This document shows, piece after piece, positions 28,961-43,369 of a stretch of DNA of 64,000 bases; positions within the stretch are counted from its first letter, which is position 1, and every line of letters starts with the position of its first letter. Source of the DNA: Pseudomonadota bacterium (GTDB lineage Bacteria > Myxococcota > JACRCW01 > JAFGSX01); NCBI GenBank assembly GCA_043821645.1, contig JBDRCO010000070.1, positions 42,425 through 106,424 of the forward strand, read 5' to 3'. Below the pieces are notes generated by a model. It was given only the letters and a program-made list of their open reading frames with translations. It searched no databases and was not told the origin of the DNA. The translations under genes and the position numbers were made by a program.

Positions 28961-30862
28961 TCAGCGAGAGGAAAGTCGGGTGGCGATGTCGATGAGTTCG
29001 ATGAGCTCCATCTCCTCCTCGTTTTCCTTCTGCAGCGAGCTGCGCGCGATCTCCTGTGCCTTCTGCAGCGTCCAGATGTTCTTGAAGGGGCTGCCTCGCA
29101 GGTTCTCGGCCAGGGCTGCGGCTGCCACCGCGCGGCGCAGGTCGGGAGATGCGGCCTTGAAGTTCTTCTTCATCGTCGAGGAGGTGACCGTAAAAGCCTT
29201 CTCGTCGGCCTTGCTGCCCTCGGGCTGCTTCCAGCGCACGCGCACCGTGGCCCAGCTCGCCTTGGGGTCGGTGACCTCGACCTCGTACAGGGCCACCACG
29301 TTGTGACCGCTGCCGATCTCACCGGCGTCGACCTTGTCGTTGCGAAAATCCTCGTCCGCGATGTCGCGGTTCTCGTAACCCACCAGGCGATAGCGCTTGA
29401 CCGCCTTCTTGTCGAACTCGACCTGGATCTTGACGTCCTTGGCGATGACTTGCAGCGTGCCCATGAGGTCGGCGCCGAACACCCGCTTGGCCTGGCTGAA
29501 GCCGTCAATGTAGTAGTAGTTGCCGTTGCCCTTGTTGGACAGCTGCTCCATCGTCGTGTCTTTGTAATTGCCCATGCCAAAGCCGATGGTCGACAGGGTG
29601 ATGCCTTCCTCGGCGTACTTCTTGATCGAGGTCAGCATGTCGCCATGCTTGGTGGCACCGACGTTGGCATCGCCATCGCTGCACACGATGACGCGATTGA
29701 CGGACTTGCCCTTGATGTTCTCGTAGGCCTGCTGGTAGGCCAGCTCCAGCCCCGAGGCCATGGCGGTCGAGCCGCCCGCGCTCAGGCCCTCGATGGCGTC
29801 GTGGATCTTCTTCTTGTCGCTCATCCCCGTGGGCGTGAGCACCACGCGCGTGCTGCCGGCGTAGGTGGTCAGGGCCACGGTGTCGCCGGGCTGCAGCTGG
29901 TCGACCAAAAAGCGCAGGCTGCGCTTGAGCAAGCCGATCTTGTCCTCGGAGTGCATCGAACCCGAGGTGTCGACCAGGAAGGTCAGGTGCACGGGCTTGC
30001 GATCCTTGCCCTTGGCCTCCATGCCCTTGACCCCCACGCGCAAGATCGTGAGCTTGTCGTCAAAGGGCGAGGGCGCAGCCTCGAGGTTGACGTTGAAGGG
30101 ACCACTCTTCGGCGGTGCGTCGCTGTACTTGAAGTAGTTGACGAACTCCTCGGTGCGCACCGACGCCGGCGGCGGCAAGGACCCCTCGCGCAGCTTGCGG
30201 CGTGCGATGGTGTAGCTGGCCGTGTCCACGTCGACGGCGAAGGTCGACAGGTTGTCGGTAGCGGTGTCCGTCCAGGGGTTCTGGCCGTACTCGGTGTAGC
30301 CCTCGGTGTTGCCCTCGGCCTGGTCCGGCTTGGGTTGAGGCCGCGGCTTGGGCGTGGGCATGGGACGCCCCGGTGGAGCCGAGCGCAGCGACTGCGAGGG
30401 TGCGGCGGCACCGGACATGGATTCTTTCTTGGCCCTGCGCGGCGCCATGCGCTCGTCTGCCACGGCCCCGGCAGGCTCCGCCATGACCGGTGAGGGCGCC
30501 ACGCTCTTCGCGGCCTCCTGCTCCGGCGCCGCCCGGACCTGCAGCTTGAGCTCGATGAGCAGGTTCGCGGTCTTGCCCTCGGCCACCACCAGCTGCTGCG
30601 CGTACTTCTGGTAGCCAGGGGCCAGCACTGTGAGCTGGTAGGGTCCCGCCGCAACATCGTTGAAGGTGAAGGCACCTTTCTTGTTAGTGGTCGCCTTGTA
30701 CTGGGAGGCGCCCTTGAGCTCGACCACTGCGCCGGGCACGGGAACGCCAGCGATCTGCACCACCCCGCGCACCTTGGCGCCGGCCGCCAGGGCAACGGCC
30801 GCCAGGGTGAGCGCGGACAGCACGAGGAGGTATGCAAGCATGCGACGGGTTCGAGTCTTCAT
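28961..30862 (-). CDS. YfbK-like vWA-domain protein with an N-terminal carboxypeptidase-regulatory-like domain
   Basis: STFAVDVDTASY, VRTEEFVNYF, MIDAS motif FLVDTSGSM, SDGDANVG, YRLVGYENR, VDAGEIG; signal peptide. Confidence 0.9.
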   Translation of the reverse strand: MKTRTRRMLAYLLVLSALTLAAVALAAGAKVRGVVQIAGVPVPGAVVELKGASQYKATTNKKGAFTFNDVAAGPYQLTVLAPGYQKYAQQLVVAEGKTANLLIELKLQVRAAPEQEAAKSVAPSPVMAEPAGAVADERMAPRRAKKESMSGAAAPSQSLRSAPPGRPMPTPKPRPQPKPDQAEGNTEGYTEYGQNPWTDTATDNLSTFAVDVDTASYTIARRKLREGSLPPPASVRTEEFVNYFKYSDAPPKSGPFNVNLEAAPSPFDDKLTILRVGVKGMEAKGKDRKPVHLTFLVDTSGSMHSEDKIGLLKRSLRFLVDQLQPGDTVALTTYAGSTRVVLTPTGMSDKKKIHDAIEGLSAGGSTAMASGLELAYQQAYENIKGKSVNRVIVCSDGDANVGATKHGDMLTSIKKYAEEGITLSTIGFGMGNYKDTTMEQLSNKGNGNYYYIDGFSQAKRVFGADLMGTLQVIAKDVKIQVEFDKKAVKRYRLVGYENRDIADEDFRNDKVDAGEIGSGHNVVALYEVEVTDPKASWATVRVRWKQPEGSKADEKAFTVTSSTMKKNFKAASPDLRRAVAAAALAENLRGSPFKNIWTLQKAQEIARSSLQKENEEEMELIELIDIATRLSSR

Positions 30863-31140
30863 GGCCAGAGCCCCCGGTTGAGGTGTAGGCGTATCATAGG
30901 ACCCAAACGCTTGAGGTGCGAGCGCGGTCTGCCGCCCTGCCTGGCGCTGCGCGGGTGGGTGCCCCCTGTGGCTGTTGCTGCGGGATTGTCGCTGCAGCGG
31001 CAAAAAAAAAATGGCCAGGGAACAGCCTTTGCCGCAGTGCGTAATCGGCCCTCTGGAGCGCAAGACCCGTTTGGAGTCTGTCGAAAAAATTGACGACGCC
31101 TTGCGTCGAGAGCCACAGCTCCAGGCGCTTCGTGAATCCT

Positions 31141-31290
31141 CCTTAATATATTGTATTTGTTAGATTAAATTGTCTTCATCGGACGCCAAGGCATCAAGAT
31201 TCGCCTGGATAGCCTATCAAGCCATTTGATAACCCCTCCTTTCTATAAGCTCAGCGATTGACACGCAGAATGTTCTACGCCATTACCCTG
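31141..31290. promoter_or_regulatory. AT-rich divergent regulatory region between the vWA gene and hppA
   Basis: Most AT-rich tract seen in the window (31143-31172); inverted repeat TATCAA-N5-TTGATA (31215-31231); perfect TTGACA at 31258-31263 with no clear -10. Confidence 0.45.
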
Positions 31291-31390
31291 CTGCCGGATT
31301 CAGCAGAGGTGCCCGACCGACTCGACGGGGTGGTCAAAGGGCGGTCGTCACGGGCGCGGCACAGCACAACCGGCGCAAGGAGACCCCATC

Positions 31391-33607
31391 ATGGAGAAGC
31401 TGCTGTTCTTCTACTCGCCCATCGCCGTAGGTCTCGCCGCACTGCTCTATGCCTTCGTGCGCGCGACCTGGGTCAACAAGCAGGACCCGGGAAGCGAGCG
31501 CATGCAGACCATTGGCAAGTGGATCGCCGATGGTGCCATGGCCTTCCTGGCCCGCGAGTACAAGTCCCTGGCGGTGTTCGTGGCGGCGGTGGCCATCCTG
31601 CTCGGCGTTGCCAACCAGATGTCCTCGGATGACACCGACTGGACCATCGCCCTGTCCTTCGTGCTCGGCGCGGGCTGCTCGGCCCTGGCCGGTTACTTCG
31701 GCATGAAGACCGCGACCAAGTCCAACATCCGCACCGCGGCGGCAGCCCGCACCGGCCTCAACTCGGCCCTGCAGGTCGCCTTCACCGGCGGCTCGGTCAT
31801 GGGCCTGGCGGTGGTGGGCCTGGCCATCACGGGCGTGGGCGCGCTGTTCCTGGTGTTCGGCATGTTCGTGCACCCGACGGCGCAGACCGACACCACCGTG
31901 ATGATGTTCGTGCTCAACACGGTGTCGGGCTTCTCGCTCGGCGGCTCGTCCATCGCGCTGTTCGCGCGCGTGGGCGGCGGCATCTACACCAAGGCCGCCG
32001 ACGTGGGCGCGGACCTGGTGGGCAAGGTCGAAGCCGGTATCCCCGAGGATCACCCCCTGAACCCCGCCACCATCGCCGACAACGTGGGCGACAACGTGGG
32101 CGACGTCGCGGGCATGGGCGCCGACCTGTTCGAGTCCTATGTTGGCGCCATCGTGTCGTCGATGATCCTGGGCGTGGCCTGGTTCGGCGGCCTGCAGGCG
32201 CTGGGCGTCGACGGCATGAACGCGGTGTACCTGCCCCTGGTCATCGCGGTCATCGGCATCGTGATGTCCATCATCGGCTTCTTCTTCGTGCGCACCAAGG
32301 AGGGAGGCAACCCGCAGACCGGCCTCAACATGGGCACCTTCGGCGCCGGCGCGCTCATGGTCCTCGGTACCGTGGGAGCCATCTACTGGCTGCTGCCCAA
32401 GGACGGCATCAAGGTCATCGACATCATCACCAAGCAGGAGGCCGTGTACCAGTGGTGGGGCGTGGCCGTGGCCGTGATCGGCGGCCTGGGCGCGGGCATC
32501 GCCGTGGGCATGCTCACCGAGTACTACACCGCCACCTTCAAGGGCCCCGTGGGCACCATCGTCGAGGCCAGCAAGACAGGCCCGGCCACCACCGTGATCC
32601 AGGGCATCGCCGTGGGCATGAACTCCACCACCTGGCCGGTGCTGTGCATCTGCGTCGCCATCCTGCTCGCCTACTACTTCGCAGGCCTGTACGGCATCGC
32701 CCTGGCCGCCGTGGGCATGCTGAGCACTACCGCCATCCAGCTCGCCACCGACGCCTACGGCCCCATCGCCGACAACGCCGGCGGCATCGCCGAGATGGCA
32801 CAGCTCGGCCGCGACGTGCGCGCCCGCACCGACAAGCTCGACGCCGTGGGCAACACCACCGCCGCCATCGGCAAGGGTTTCGCCATCGGCTCCGCCGCCC
32901 TCACCGCCCTCGCCCTGACCGCCGCCTACATCACCAAGATGAAGGGCTCGGTCTCGATGGACGCTGCCAACCCCTACGTGCTGGTCGGTCTGCTCATCGG
33001 CTGCATGCTGCCCTTCCGCTTCTCGGCCATGGCCATGGTGGCCGTGGGCAAGGCCGCCCAGGACATGATCCAGGAGGTGCGGCGCCAGTTCCGCGAGATC
33101 CCCGAGCTGCGCCCGGCCCTGATCGCGGCGCAGGCGGCAGAGCACGAGGACCGCGAGCCCAACGAAAGCGAGCGCGCCCTGATCCTGGCCGCGGACGGCA
33201 AGGCCGAGTACACCAAGTGCGTCGAGATCTCGACCGCCGCCGCCATCAAGAAGATGGTGGACCCGGGCGTGATGGCCGTGAGCGTGCCCGTCATCGTCGG
33301 CATCATCTCGCCCGACATGCTGGGTGGCCTGCTCATCGGTGTCACCATCTCGGGTGTGTGCCTGGCCATCTTCCAGGCCAACGCCGGCGGCGCCTGGGAC
33401 AACAGCAAGAAGCAGGTCAAGGAAGAGGGCCACGCCAAGTACGGCGACGCCTACGACGAGATGCACAAGGCCACGGTCACCGGCGACACCGTCGGCGACC
33501 CCTTCAAGGACACCTCGGGCCCCTCGCTCAACATCCTGGTCAAGCTCATCAGCGTGGTGGCCATGATCATCGCGCCCATGCTGTACGCACTGCACCACGG
33601 CAAGTGA
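31391..33607 (+). CDS. hppA: Membrane-bound pyrophosphatase, K+-dependent, probably Na+-translocating
   Basis: [56 protein letters not shown]. Confidence 0.96.
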   Translation: MEKLLFFYSPIAVGLAALLYAFVRATWVNKQDPGSERMQTIGKWIADGAMAFLAREYKSLAVFVAAVAILLGVANQMSSDDTDWTIALSFVLGAGCSALAGYFGMKTATKSNIRTAAAARTGLNSALQVAFTGGSVMGLAVVGLAITGVGALFLVFGMFVHPTAQTDTTVMMFVLNTVSGFSLGGSSIALFARVGGGIYTKAADVGADLVGKVEAGIPEDHPLNPATIADNVGDNVGDVAGMGADLFESYVGAIVSSMILGVAWFGGLQALGVDGMNAVYLPLVIAVIGIVMSIIGFFFVRTKEGGNPQTGLNMGTFGAGALMVLGTVGAIYWLLPKDGIKVIDIITKQEAVYQWWGVAVAVIGGLGAGIAVGMLTEYYTATFKGPVGTIVEASKTGPATTVIQGIAVGMNSTTWPVLCICVAILLAYYFAGLYGIALAAVGMLSTTAIQLATDAYGPIADNAGGIAEMAQLGRDVRARTDKLDAVGNTTAAIGKGFAIGSAALTALALTAAYITKMKGSVSMDAANPYVLVGLLIGCMLPFRFSAMAMVAVGKAAQDMIQEVRRQFREIPELRPALIAAQAAEHEDREPNESERALILAADGKAEYTKCVEISTAAAIKKMVDPGVMAVSVPVIVGIISPDMLGGLLIGVTISGVCLAIFQANAGGAWDNSKKQVKEEGHAKYGDAYDEMHKATVTGDTVGDPFKDTSGPSLNILVKLISVVAMIIAPMLYALHHGK

Positions 33608-33736
33608 TCCGCGGGCGCTGAATCCTCCACGATTTTTGTGCCCCCCCCTCTCCCTCCAGCGTGATCACACAGCGCCCTTGGCAGCCGCGCCAGGTTCCTG
33701 TTTCCGACGTGGCAAGCAGGTGCTATAGGACTGCGC

Positions 33737-34015
33737 ATGGTGAGGTTGTTGACCATCGCTGTGCTTGCTCTGGGGCTGGGCCTTGCCGTCGGCTGCCTGG
33801 ATCCCTGTGATCAGCTGGCCACGCGCATCTGCGATTGCAAGAGCAGCAACTACGACCGGGATATCTGCCGGCAGCGGGTCGAGTTGCAGAAAGCGAACCG
33901 GGACCCGAGCGATGCGGACAAGACCGCGTGCGAGGCAGCCCTGAAGACCTGCACCTGCGCCGCCATCGACCGCCTGGACCTGAGCCAGTGCGGCTTCGCG
34001 CGCCCGGCGCGCTGA
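33737..34015 (+). CDS. Small Cys-rich lipoprotein
   Basis: Lipobox AVGC followed by 8 further Cys; TGcTATAGG extended -10-like motif at 33721-33729. Confidence 0.72.
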   Translation: MVRLLTIAVLALGLGLAVGCLDPCDQLATRICDCKSSNYDRDICRQRVELQKANRDPSDADKTACEAALKTCTCAAIDRLDLSQCGFARPAR

Positions 34016-34046
34016 ACCTCCGACACCGGCGAGGACGCGTAGCATC

Positions 34047-34847
34047 GTGAACCGCCCTCGAAGACCGCGTTTCGACCTGCGCAAGGCGATGTTCGTCCTG
34101 CCCAATGCCTTCACCATGTCGAGCATTGGCTGCGGCCTGCTCGCCATCGTGCTCGCCTCGGGCAACCCGGGTCCGGACCAACTGTTTCGCGCGGCCCTGG
34201 CCATCTTCTTTGGCACCTTCTTCGACATGATGGACGGGCGGGTGGCGCGACTCACCCGTACCCAGAGCGACTTCGGGGTGGAACTCGACTCCCTGGCCGA
34301 CCTCGTCACCTTTGGCGTGGCGCCGGCCATCGTGGTCTACAAGTGGGGGCTCGAGCCCCTGGGCAACGTGGCCTTGGCCGCCATCTTCATCTACACCGGC
34401 TGCGGTGCCGCCCGCCTGGCTCGCTTCAATGTCCTGGCCCACCGCAACCCCGCAACCTCCGAGCACTTCATCGGCCTGCCCATCCCCCTCGCTGCCGGCA
34501 CCCTGGTGTCCCTGATCATCGCCCATCACAGCCTGGGCAGCGCCCAGGTGGCGCGCCACGGCTCCGTGCTGGCAGTGGTGCTGGTGCTGTCCTACCTGAT
34601 GGTGTCCAACGTTCGCTATCGAACCTTCAAGGGTGCGCGGCTGAGCATGATCCCCCTGATCACCCTGGCCGTGGTGCTGGTGACGCTGGCGCTGACCTGC
34701 GTCATCCTCGGACTCAGCCCGTCGCTGCTGCTCGTGGCACTGTGCGGCGGCTACATCCTGCTGGGCTTGTTCGAAGAAGTGCTGTTCTTCAGGCGCCGTC
34801 GACAGGACGAGCGCACTCGCCGCGAGCAGGCCCCGGCCCGCCCCTGA
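34047..34847 (+). CDS. pssA: CDP-diacylglycerol--serine O-phosphatidyltransferase
   Basis: LPNAFT, DMMDGRVAR...FGVELDSLAD, RLARFN, FIGLPIP. Confidence 0.92.
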   Translation: MNRPRRPRFDLRKAMFVLPNAFTMSSIGCGLLAIVLASGNPGPDQLFRAALAIFFGTFFDMMDGRVARLTRTQSDFGVELDSLADLVTFGVAPAIVVYKWGLEPLGNVALAAIFIYTGCGAARLARFNVLAHRNPATSEHFIGLPIPLAAGTLVSLIIAHHSLGSAQVARHGSVLAVVLVLSYLMVSNVRYRTFKGARLSMIPLITLAVVLVTLALTCVILGLSPSLLLVALCGGYILLGLFEEVLFFRRRRQDERTRREQAPARP

Positions 34848-34952
34848 TCCTCGCGCTTTGTTCAGGTGCCTTGTGGAGGACGTGACCGCACGCGACCTGC
34901 ACGGTCGCTGAGCGCCTGTACATCGGGATATCGTGGCCCCGGGAGGTATCGG

Positions 34953-39410
<4,458 letters not shown>

Positions 39411-39471
39411 GCCCGGGCTTGGACCCCGGCCAGGGATCTGTTCTCATGAGCCTGCACGACGAGGGAACACC

Positions 39472-41052
39472 ATGGTCCGCATCCCCAGCTCTTCAAGCCT
39501 ACCCACCGGGACCGCCGGTGCGTCAACCAAGGCCATCCGTGACCCGGCGCCCCTCGACGACGGGGCGGGCACCAGCTCCGGGACGACGCCCAGAAAGAAA
39601 CAGAGCGACGGAGTGGACCCCGGCTCGCAGCAGGCCTCGCGCATCGCCGGCAGCGACCAGGTGCTGCCCAGCCACACCCGCCCCGAGCAGCGCCCGGGCG
39701 CGCGGGCCCAGGTCGACCTGACCGGCTGGCAACCCGAGGCCCTGAAGAAGACCCTGCTGGCGGACATCGAGCGCGCCTTCACCTTGCTGCGTCAGCTCCC
39801 GCCCGCGGTCACCTTCTTCGGCGGCGCACGCATCAAGCCCGACGATCCCTTCTACGAGCTGTCCAAGGCCATCGGACGCCGCCTGGCAGCCTCGGGCATC
39901 CCGCCGCGCACCGGCGCGGGGCCGGGCATCATGACCTCGGTGCCCCAGGGCTACAAGGAGGCCAAGGGGCATCCCCAGACGGGCAACGCCGTGTACTTCG
40001 CCCCCGTGCTCGAGGGCTTCTCGGAGCAGGCCAGTCGCGACGACACGCGCACCCAGGGCTTCAACATCCTGCTGCCCCACGAGCAGGGCCTCAACGACGC
40101 CATCGACACGGCCACCGAGCTGGTCATGTTCCCCTACCGCAAGCTCGCGCTGTACGAGAACGTGCGCGGCCTGGTCACCTTCCCCGGTGGCTTTGGCACC
40201 CTCGACGAGCTGTTCGAGGTCTGGTCCCTGGCCGTACGGGGTCGGCACAGCGATCCCATGGCCGTGATTGGCAAGACCTTCTGGCAGCCCCTGCTCGACA
40301 CCATCGAGCAGGTGGCGGTGCGCGATCGCCAGCTCCTGGATCCTGCCCAGCTCTCCCTGATCCAGGTCACGGACGACCCCGATGAGCTGGTGAGCTACCT
40401 GGCCAGCGACCACGAGGTTCGCGGCTTCGAGCACGATCCGGTGCAGAGTGCCATGCGCATGTCCGCGGAGATCTCCGACGCCATCGACCTGCTGGATCGC
40501 TTGCCAGAGGCCGTCACCTTCATCGGTGGACACAGGCTCGATCCCGCGGACCCGGCCTGCAAGGTCGCCGAGCACCTCGCGCAGGTGCTGCAACGGGATG
40601 GACAGGCGCTTCGCGTGGGCGGCGCGGGACCTACGGCCAGAGCTGTGACCGCGGGCGCGCTCGCAGCAGACCCCGATGCTCGGGTTCAGGGTTTCCTGCT
40701 CTCGGACGAAGATGGCGGCAAGGCCCTCCCCGGCCTCGAGGTGCACAAGATCTTCGACGAACCGGTGACCCATCGCGCGGTCATCGGTAGCCGCTGCAAG
40801 GCCTTCGTGGCACTGCCCGGAGGTGTGGGCACGCTTGACGAGCTGTTCACGGTGTTGTGCCAGGTGCAGACCGGCAAGATGAAGAAGATGCCCATCGTGC
40901 TCATCGGCTCGGACTACTGGCAGCCCATCCTCGATGCCATTCGACGCTCCATGCTCAGTGGCGAGCGTCAGACCATCGCCCCCGGGGACCTCGACCTGGT
41001 CACCGTCACCGACGACGCCGCCGCGGCCGCTCGCCTGATCCGCGGGGGCTGA
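39472..41052 (+). CDS. Tandem LOG-family (SLOG) nucleotide phosphoribohydrolase-like protein with a disordered N-terminus
   Basis: Two units starting LPxAVTFxGG and containing PGGFGTLDELF and PGGVGTLDELF; ~80-aa S/T/P-rich leader. Confidence 0.85.
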   Translation: MVRIPSSSSLPTGTAGASTKAIRDPAPLDDGAGTSSGTTPRKKQSDGVDPGSQQASRIAGSDQVLPSHTRPEQRPGARAQVDLTGWQPEALKKTLLADIERAFTLLRQLPPAVTFFGGARIKPDDPFYELSKAIGRRLAASGIPPRTGAGPGIMTSVPQGYKEAKGHPQTGNAVYFAPVLEGFSEQASRDDTRTQGFNILLPHEQGLNDAIDTATELVMFPYRKLALYENVRGLVTFPGGFGTLDELFEVWSLAVRGRHSDPMAVIGKTFWQPLLDTIEQVAVRDRQLLDPAQLSLIQVTDDPDELVSYLASDHEVRGFEHDPVQSAMRMSAEISDAIDLLDRLPEAVTFIGGHRLDPADPACKVAEHLAQVLQRDGQALRVGGAGPTARAVTAGALAADPDARVQGFLLSDEDGGKALPGLEVHKIFDEPVTHRAVIGSRCKAFVALPGGVGTLDELFTVLCQVQTGKMKKMPIVLIGSDYWQPILDAIRRSMLSGERQTIAPGDLDLVTVTDDAAAAARLIRGG

Positions 41053-41242
41053 CCGCGGCTGCTCTGTGGCTACCAGGCTGCACGGAAGCCGGGCACCCGC
41101 TATGTCACCTGCTGTCTCGCCACAGCGCACAGCGGGCAGGCCACGAAGCACATCCCTCGATGGCATGGAACCAGGACTGGCATGGATCCCAGAACGATCT
41201 ATGCTCGCGTCTCCCCGCAAGCGCCCCAATAAGGAGTCACCC

Positions 41243-43126
41243 ATGATCGCATACCGCTCTCGCCTGGTGGTGGCAGCGTTGACGCTGTCCGCGTGGCTAT
41301 CCGCACCTGCACGCGCCCAGACTGCGGTCGATATGCAGTCCTTCAAGCCCAGCCCCTTTGGCAATGATCTGCTGACCACCGAGAGCGGCGAGGGAATGCC
41401 TCAGTGGAGCTGGAACGTTGGCCTGTGGCCCCACTACCAGCACAACCCGCTGGTCTATCGCTACGCTGGCCAGCGCACCGTGAGGCGGGTCGCTCTCGGG
41501 AATCAGGTGATGGCGGATCTGGTCGGTGGCTTCAGCTTCTTCGAGTGGCTGAATCTCGGCGTGGCCCTGCCCACCGTGCTGTACCAGGACGGAGAGGGCC
41601 TGTACGGCGGTCAGCCTCCCGCCGTCGCCGGGCTCGGAGATCTGAGGCTGGTACCGCGCTTCCAGTTGCTCAATCTCAACCAGGGCATGTTCGCTCTGTC
41701 GCTGCTGCCCGTGCTCACCGTACCCACGGGCCAATTCTTTGACCCGTGGATGGGCGATCGCAACTTCAACTTCTATCCGACGCTGGCGGCCAGCACGCGC
41801 TGGAAGTGGTTCACCGTCGCCGGCAACGCCTACTACCGCCTGAGGGAGGATGGCACCGTGGACCGCGTGAAGGCCGAGCACGAGCTGGGCTTCCGGCTCG
41901 GCGGCTCCGTGTTCGTGTGGCCCGAGCACCTGGCCGTCGTGGGAGAGGCCTACGGTGCGACACCCGCCTGGCATCCGTTCCAGAGTGGCAAGGTGAACAA
42001 GCTCGACCTCGTGGCGGGTCTTCGCTACTTCACGCCCTTCGGGCTGGACGTGACGCTTGGCGGCGGTGGCAATCCAACACGCGGCTTCGGCACACCGGAC
42101 TTCCGGGTGTTCGCGGCTGCGGTGTTCACCGGCAAGCCGGAAGCGGACTCCGACGGCGATGGTCTGGACGACGCCGAGGATGGTTGCCCGGACAAGGCCG
42201 GTCCCCTCGAGAACAAGGGTTGCCCGGACACCGACAGCGATGGCGACACCGTGGCGGATCGTCTCGACCGGTGCATGGATCAGCCGGGACCGGCCACCAA
42301 CAACGGCTGCCCTGTGGACCGCGATGGCGACGGTTTGCAGGATGACGTCGACCAGTGCCCGGACGAGCCCGGTGCGCCCGCCACCAACGGCTGCCCGGAC
42401 AGCGACAACGACGGTATCCCGGACCACCTGGACAAATGCCGGGATCAGGCCGAGGACAGGGACACGTTCCAGGATGACGACGGTTGTCCGGATCCAGACA
42501 ACGACGGGGATGGGATCCTGGATGGCGACGACCGCTGTCCTGGCGAGGCGGGTCCCGCCGACAACGGGGGATGCCCCGACAAGGATCGCGATGGCGACGG
42601 GGTGACCGATCGCTTTGACAAGTGCCCGGATGAGGCAGGGCTGATGGAGAATCGAGGCTGCCCGGATCAGGATCGCGACGGCGACAGCATCGTCGACCGC
42701 CTGGACAACTGTCCGGATGAAGCCGGAAGCCCCAAGAACAACGGGTGCAAGGTCAAGCAACTGGTGGTGCTGACCGCCAGCAAGATCGAGATCCTCGACA
42801 TGGTCTACTTTGCCTCCGGCAAGGCCGTCATCGAGAAGCGCAGCTTCAAGATGCTGGACCAGGTGGCCGCCGTGCTCGGCTCGCACCCGGAGATCCCGAA
42901 GGTCAGGGTCGAGGGCCACACCGACAACAAGGGCAAGGCCGACTTCAACAAGAAGCTGTCACAGCAGCGCGCCGAAGCCGTCAGGACCTACCTGGTCGGC
43001 CGGGGCATCGACGAGGCCAGACTCGACGCTGTCGGCTTTGGCATGGAGAAGCCGATCGACACCAACGACACCAACGCCGGCCGCGCCAAGAACCGCCGTG
43101 TCGAGTTCAACATCGTCATGGAGTAG
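41243..43126 (+). CDS. TraB-like protein: OM beta-barrel, thrombospondin type-3 repeats and OmpA domain
   Basis: AAGGAG RBS; signal peptide; amphipathic beta strands; about seven D.DGDG..D..D.CP repeats; VEGHTDN...LSQQRAEAV...NRRVEF. Confidence 0.88.
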   Translation: MIAYRSRLVVAALTLSAWLSAPARAQTAVDMQSFKPSPFGNDLLTTESGEGMPQWSWNVGLWPHYQHNPLVYRYAGQRTVRRVALGNQVMADLVGGFSFFEWLNLGVALPTVLYQDGEGLYGGQPPAVAGLGDLRLVPRFQLLNLNQGMFALSLLPVLTVPTGQFFDPWMGDRNFNFYPTLAASTRWKWFTVAGNAYYRLREDGTVDRVKAEHELGFRLGGSVFVWPEHLAVVGEAYGATPAWHPFQSGKVNKLDLVAGLRYFTPFGLDVTLGGGGNPTRGFGTPDFRVFAAAVFTGKPEADSDGDGLDDAEDGCPDKAGPLENKGCPDTDSDGDTVADRLDRCMDQPGPATNNGCPVDRDGDGLQDDVDQCPDEPGAPATNGCPDSDNDGIPDHLDKCRDQAEDRDTFQDDDGCPDPDNDGDGILDGDDRCPGEAGPADNGGCPDKDRDGDGVTDRFDKCPDEAGLMENRGCPDQDRDGDSIVDRLDNCPDEAGSPKNNGCKVKQLVVLTASKIEILDMVYFASGKAVIEKRSFKMLDQVAAVLGSHPEIPKVRVEGHTDNKGKADFNKKLSQQRAEAVRTYLVGRGIDEARLDAVGFGMEKPIDTNDTNAGRAKNRRVEFNIVME

Positions 43127-43369
43127 GCGGCACCACTCTCCCCGGGCGTCCGATCGACACAGCGCCTGCCGCGCACCAACCCGTCAAGCCCTGGCGCTCG
43201 CGCCCTGCCCCTCGCCGGGGTTCGTGCCTGATTGCCTTGTCTGGAGTGACCGGTTCACCTGGGACGAGAGAGACTGCTGGCAAGCCGGCGAGAACAAGAC
43301 CCGCCACTGGGCATCACGCTTCAGGTCATGGCAGGGGGCACGAACAGCCGGGCGCAGGAGGGTAAAAGG

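Noticed and set aside
31215-31231. FNR/CRP-type site
   Set aside because: The half-sites are in the opposite order (ATCAA...TTGAT) with a different spacer from TTGAT-N4-ATCAA.
42140-42750. Repetitive DNA in the TraB-like gene (also in the LRR, TPR and amidase genes)
   Set aside because: Fully explained by protein-level repeats; not independent DNA elements.
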